Virus record (IMG/VR): IMGVR_UViG_3300041809_000302
Location: 1-56,197 of that record
Length of the DNA stretch: 56,197 bases
Source: a virus
Taxonomy: Duplodnaviria > Caudoviricetes
Direction: 5' to 3' (one strand)
This document shows positions 54,443 through 56,197 of the stretch, piece after piece. Numbering within the stretch: the stretch's first letter is position 1; each line of letters starts with the position of its first letter. Position numbers and translations under genes: made by a program. The notes under the pieces are model-generated. The model searched no databases and had not been told where the DNA came from. It worked only from the letters and a program-made list of their open reading frames with translations.

Positions 54443-54653
54443 TTTTTCGCTTTGGGAATTTTCGCATGACGAGGATTTCTTCGAGAGCAGTTCTGAGTTT
54501 GTCGTCGGGTGCGGTTTCAATGTTGAGATAAATCCAGTGGGCGATGGTTCGGACGGCGGTGAGGTCTTGCTCGACAACTGTCCAAGTTCGCTGGCCGCGT
54601 TGCTGCGCTTTTTTGAAACAGGTTGCGTCTCTGGTTTCGTCAATTGTGTACAT
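54432..54653 (-). CDS. Conserved small phage protein
   Basis: C..KA...QD.TA..TI..W...KL..A...MR....K.AD pattern; purine-rich SD. Confidence 0.6.
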   Translation of the reverse strand: MYTIDETRDATCFKKAQQRGQRTWTVVEQDLTAVRTIAHWIYLNIETAPDDKLRTALEEILVMRKFPKRKNAD

Positions 54654-54743
54654 GCTTTTTCCCTTTCTTCGATGTAATCATCGAAGTCGATTGCGTTTTG
54701 AAGTTCTTGATCTAAGATGTTCATAAAGTCAATGCCTTAGATT

Positions 54744-54839
54744 CTAGATCGGACGCAGCAAAGGCTGCAATTGCGGCAGCACTTCTCTGCAATCTCCGTG
54801 GTAGATCGTGATCCCCGCGTGCTCGTAGTATGGTTTCAT
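54744..54839 (-). pseudogene. N-terminal stub of an N6/N4 DNA methyltransferase
   Basis: MKPYYEHAGITIYHGDCREVLPQL then stop before the DPPY motif. Confidence 0.75.
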
Positions 54840-55306
54840 TTCGTGTTGCTCCTAAACCCTTTTCCGAGGTCTCGGTCGAGAAGCAATGGATCGTAGATGT
54901 ACTTCCACGACTTCAGGTGTTCGGTAATATTGTTCTCCGTCACGCCGTTGCGCTGAACATTAGCGCATTTTTTTTGATGGAAAGCACGCGCAACCGCCCG
55001 CGCATGTTCTTTTTTCTGGCCTTTCCGATTGATCTTTACTTGGCGGATGAATTGGTCTGGGTTGCCCCGGACTTTCGTAAATCCCCGTTGAGGAGACCAC
55101 CGGAAACATGGTATTCCAAACGATGCAAGGGCGGTCAAAATAATCCGCTGCGTCCTTTTCAACTCTGAATCGCCGTGATCCGGCTTTACTTCCACGATCA
55201 CGATGCGCCCATCTTTCCAACAAAAGAAGTCAGGCCATCCCAACTTTGTCACTTCCCAATGACTGTCTTTTGCTAAGTCTTTGAACTTTTCTTCTGCGTT
55301 GTTCAT
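54836..55306 (-). CDS. VRR-NUC domain (PD-(D/E)xK) nuclease
   Basis: GWPDFF...IVEVK......L...Q motif. Confidence 0.8.
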   Translation of the reverse strand: MNNAEEKFKDLAKDSHWEVTKLGWPDFFCWKDGRIVIVEVKPDHGDSELKRTQRIILTALASFGIPCFRWSPQRGFTKVRGNPDQFIRQVKINRKGQKKEHARAVARAFHQKKCANVQRNGVTENNITEHLKSWKYIYDPLLLDRDLGKGFRSNTK

Positions 55307-55330
55307 AAGGTCATTCCTAAACGGTGAAGG

Positions 55331-55654
55331 GCACGCGAAAACCAAAGGCTGAAATTTTCCAGCACAAAAGAATTCGCGCATTCCCGAACGGAGCCAGGGC
55401 TTTCGCGTGCGTTCTTCCTCTCCAGTATGTACGCCAGCAAAGGCGTAGCCTTAACGAGTCGGAGAGAGGCTCATCGCAGCCCCAAAGCACCCGCCGCCCG
55501 TTTCCAGACGGAGAAATTCGGCGCGGAATTCAAGGTCGATATTTTGTCGAGAGAATTCAAGCGCCGTCACTTCGTCAAAGAATGGGGAGGTGGATGTAGG
55601 CGGAAGCAACGGCGAAGAAGTTACGCCAAAGCATCCACCCGCCCGGCTCTTTGA
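55331..55654 (-). ncRNA. Candidate structured RNA/leader (five consecutive stem-loop domains)
   Basis: Multiple nested inverted repeats downstream of a promoter; see findings. Confidence 0.55.
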
Positions 55655-55664
55655 AACTGTTGAA

Positions 55665-55694
55665 ATTTTATCCATAACGAACCACCAAAGTCAA
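55665..55694 (-). promoter_or_regulatory. Putative sigma70 promoter
   Basis: Minus strand TTGACT-N18-TAAAAT. Confidence 0.6.
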
Positions 55695-56197
55695 GCGTAA
55701 AAATTTGGAATTATCTCCGCGATGATCTCCCGCTTCAAGCTGGCGAACTTATTGTCGTCAACTTTTACAACGGGCGGATAAAGAGCGACAACCCAGAGAC
55801 GTTCCCCCTTCCAGTCTTGAGGTTTCATGGTAGCGTGCAAGGCTCCCGCTTGGCACGGCTTTAGCGGGCCTTTTTCCTCTTCGATCATGCCAACTGTTCG
55901 CGCTGGACCTGAACCACCATTTCGCGGCTTACCGTTTTTATCTGAGCGCCAGAAAGCCAAAACAGCACCAGCCGTTTTCAACTGTTCGGCTCTGTCGCTA
56001 GCCGCGACGTCTGCGACGGCTTGTAGATAACCATCCTCAATAGACCCGGACCCGTACCCGAACCCGTCCCCGGACCCGAACCCGTACCCGTCCCCGGACC
56101 CGAACCCGTACCCGTCCCCGGACCCGAACCCGTACCCGTCCCCGGACCCGAACCCGTACCCGGACTCGAACCCGTCCCCGTACCCGGACCCGAACCC
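55691..56197 (-). CDS. C-terminal part of the Gly-rich repeat protein started at 222
   Basis: Frame open from 56197: ...GFGYGSGSIEDGYLQAVADVAASDRAEQLKTAGAVLAFWRS...GALHAT...IIPNFYA. Confidence 0.8.
   Translation of the reverse strand, partial: GFGSGYGDGFESGYGFGSGDGYGFGSGDGYGFGSGDGYGFGSGDGFGYGSGSIEDGYLQAVADVAASDRAEQLKTAGAVLAFWRSDKNGKPRNGGSGPARTVGMIEEEKGPLKPCQAGALHATMKPQDWKGERLWVVALYPPVVKVDDNKFASLKREIIAEIIPNFYA
56045..56197. repeat. Same hexamer repeat as 1..180, same orientation
   Basis: Last 15 nt equal bases 1-15; longer matches to the 70-153 interval. Confidence 0.95.

Noticed and set aside
54218-54724. Single 168-aa ORF
   Set aside because: The Ser/Pro-rich middle looks like off-frame read-through of 54432..54653; better split, with the Cys-rich gene starting at 54442.
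1-56197. Telomere-like hexamer repeats at both ends
   Set aside because: Both copies have the same orientation and sit in one reading frame; this fits an assembly break in a coding repeat, not telomeres.

Overview
The window looks like a near-complete, circularly permuted ~56 kb tailed dsDNA phage genome. It is podovirus-like: terminase large subunit, portal, scaffold, major capsid, adaptor/nozzle and ejection proteins are present, but no tape measure or tail tube. The contig breaks inside a Gly-X hexamer repeat of one minus-strand gene, which reads in frame across the two ends. A minus-strand early arm (53143-56197 plus 1-5060) carries an ERF single-strand annealing protein, a NinG-like nuclease, a VRR-NUC nuclease and many small hypotheticals. 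It is separated from a long plus-strand arm (5167-53102) by back-to-back sigma70-like promoters. The plus arm has small regulators, a HiPIP-like protein, a glycan-modification cluster (GT-sulfotransferase fusion, methyltransferase, PLOD-like GT fused to a second GT), head/tail genes, several receptor-binding proteins and an atypical lysis module. Most unusual: (1) a ~10.5 kb block of four tail-fibre/adhesin-like, Cys-rich proteins that all start with Sec-type signal peptides; (2) a ~325-nt multi-stem RNA behind its own promoter at 55331-55654; (3) a perfect 62-bp in-frame direct repeat bracketing a tailspike gene; (4) a Tat-lipoprotein in the lysis cassette. No integrase, classical repressor, DNA polymerase, tRNA or CRISPR array was recognised. 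All protein calls come from motif recognition by eye, not database searches. The host is probably a diderm bacterium (Acidobacteriota-like is a weak guess).
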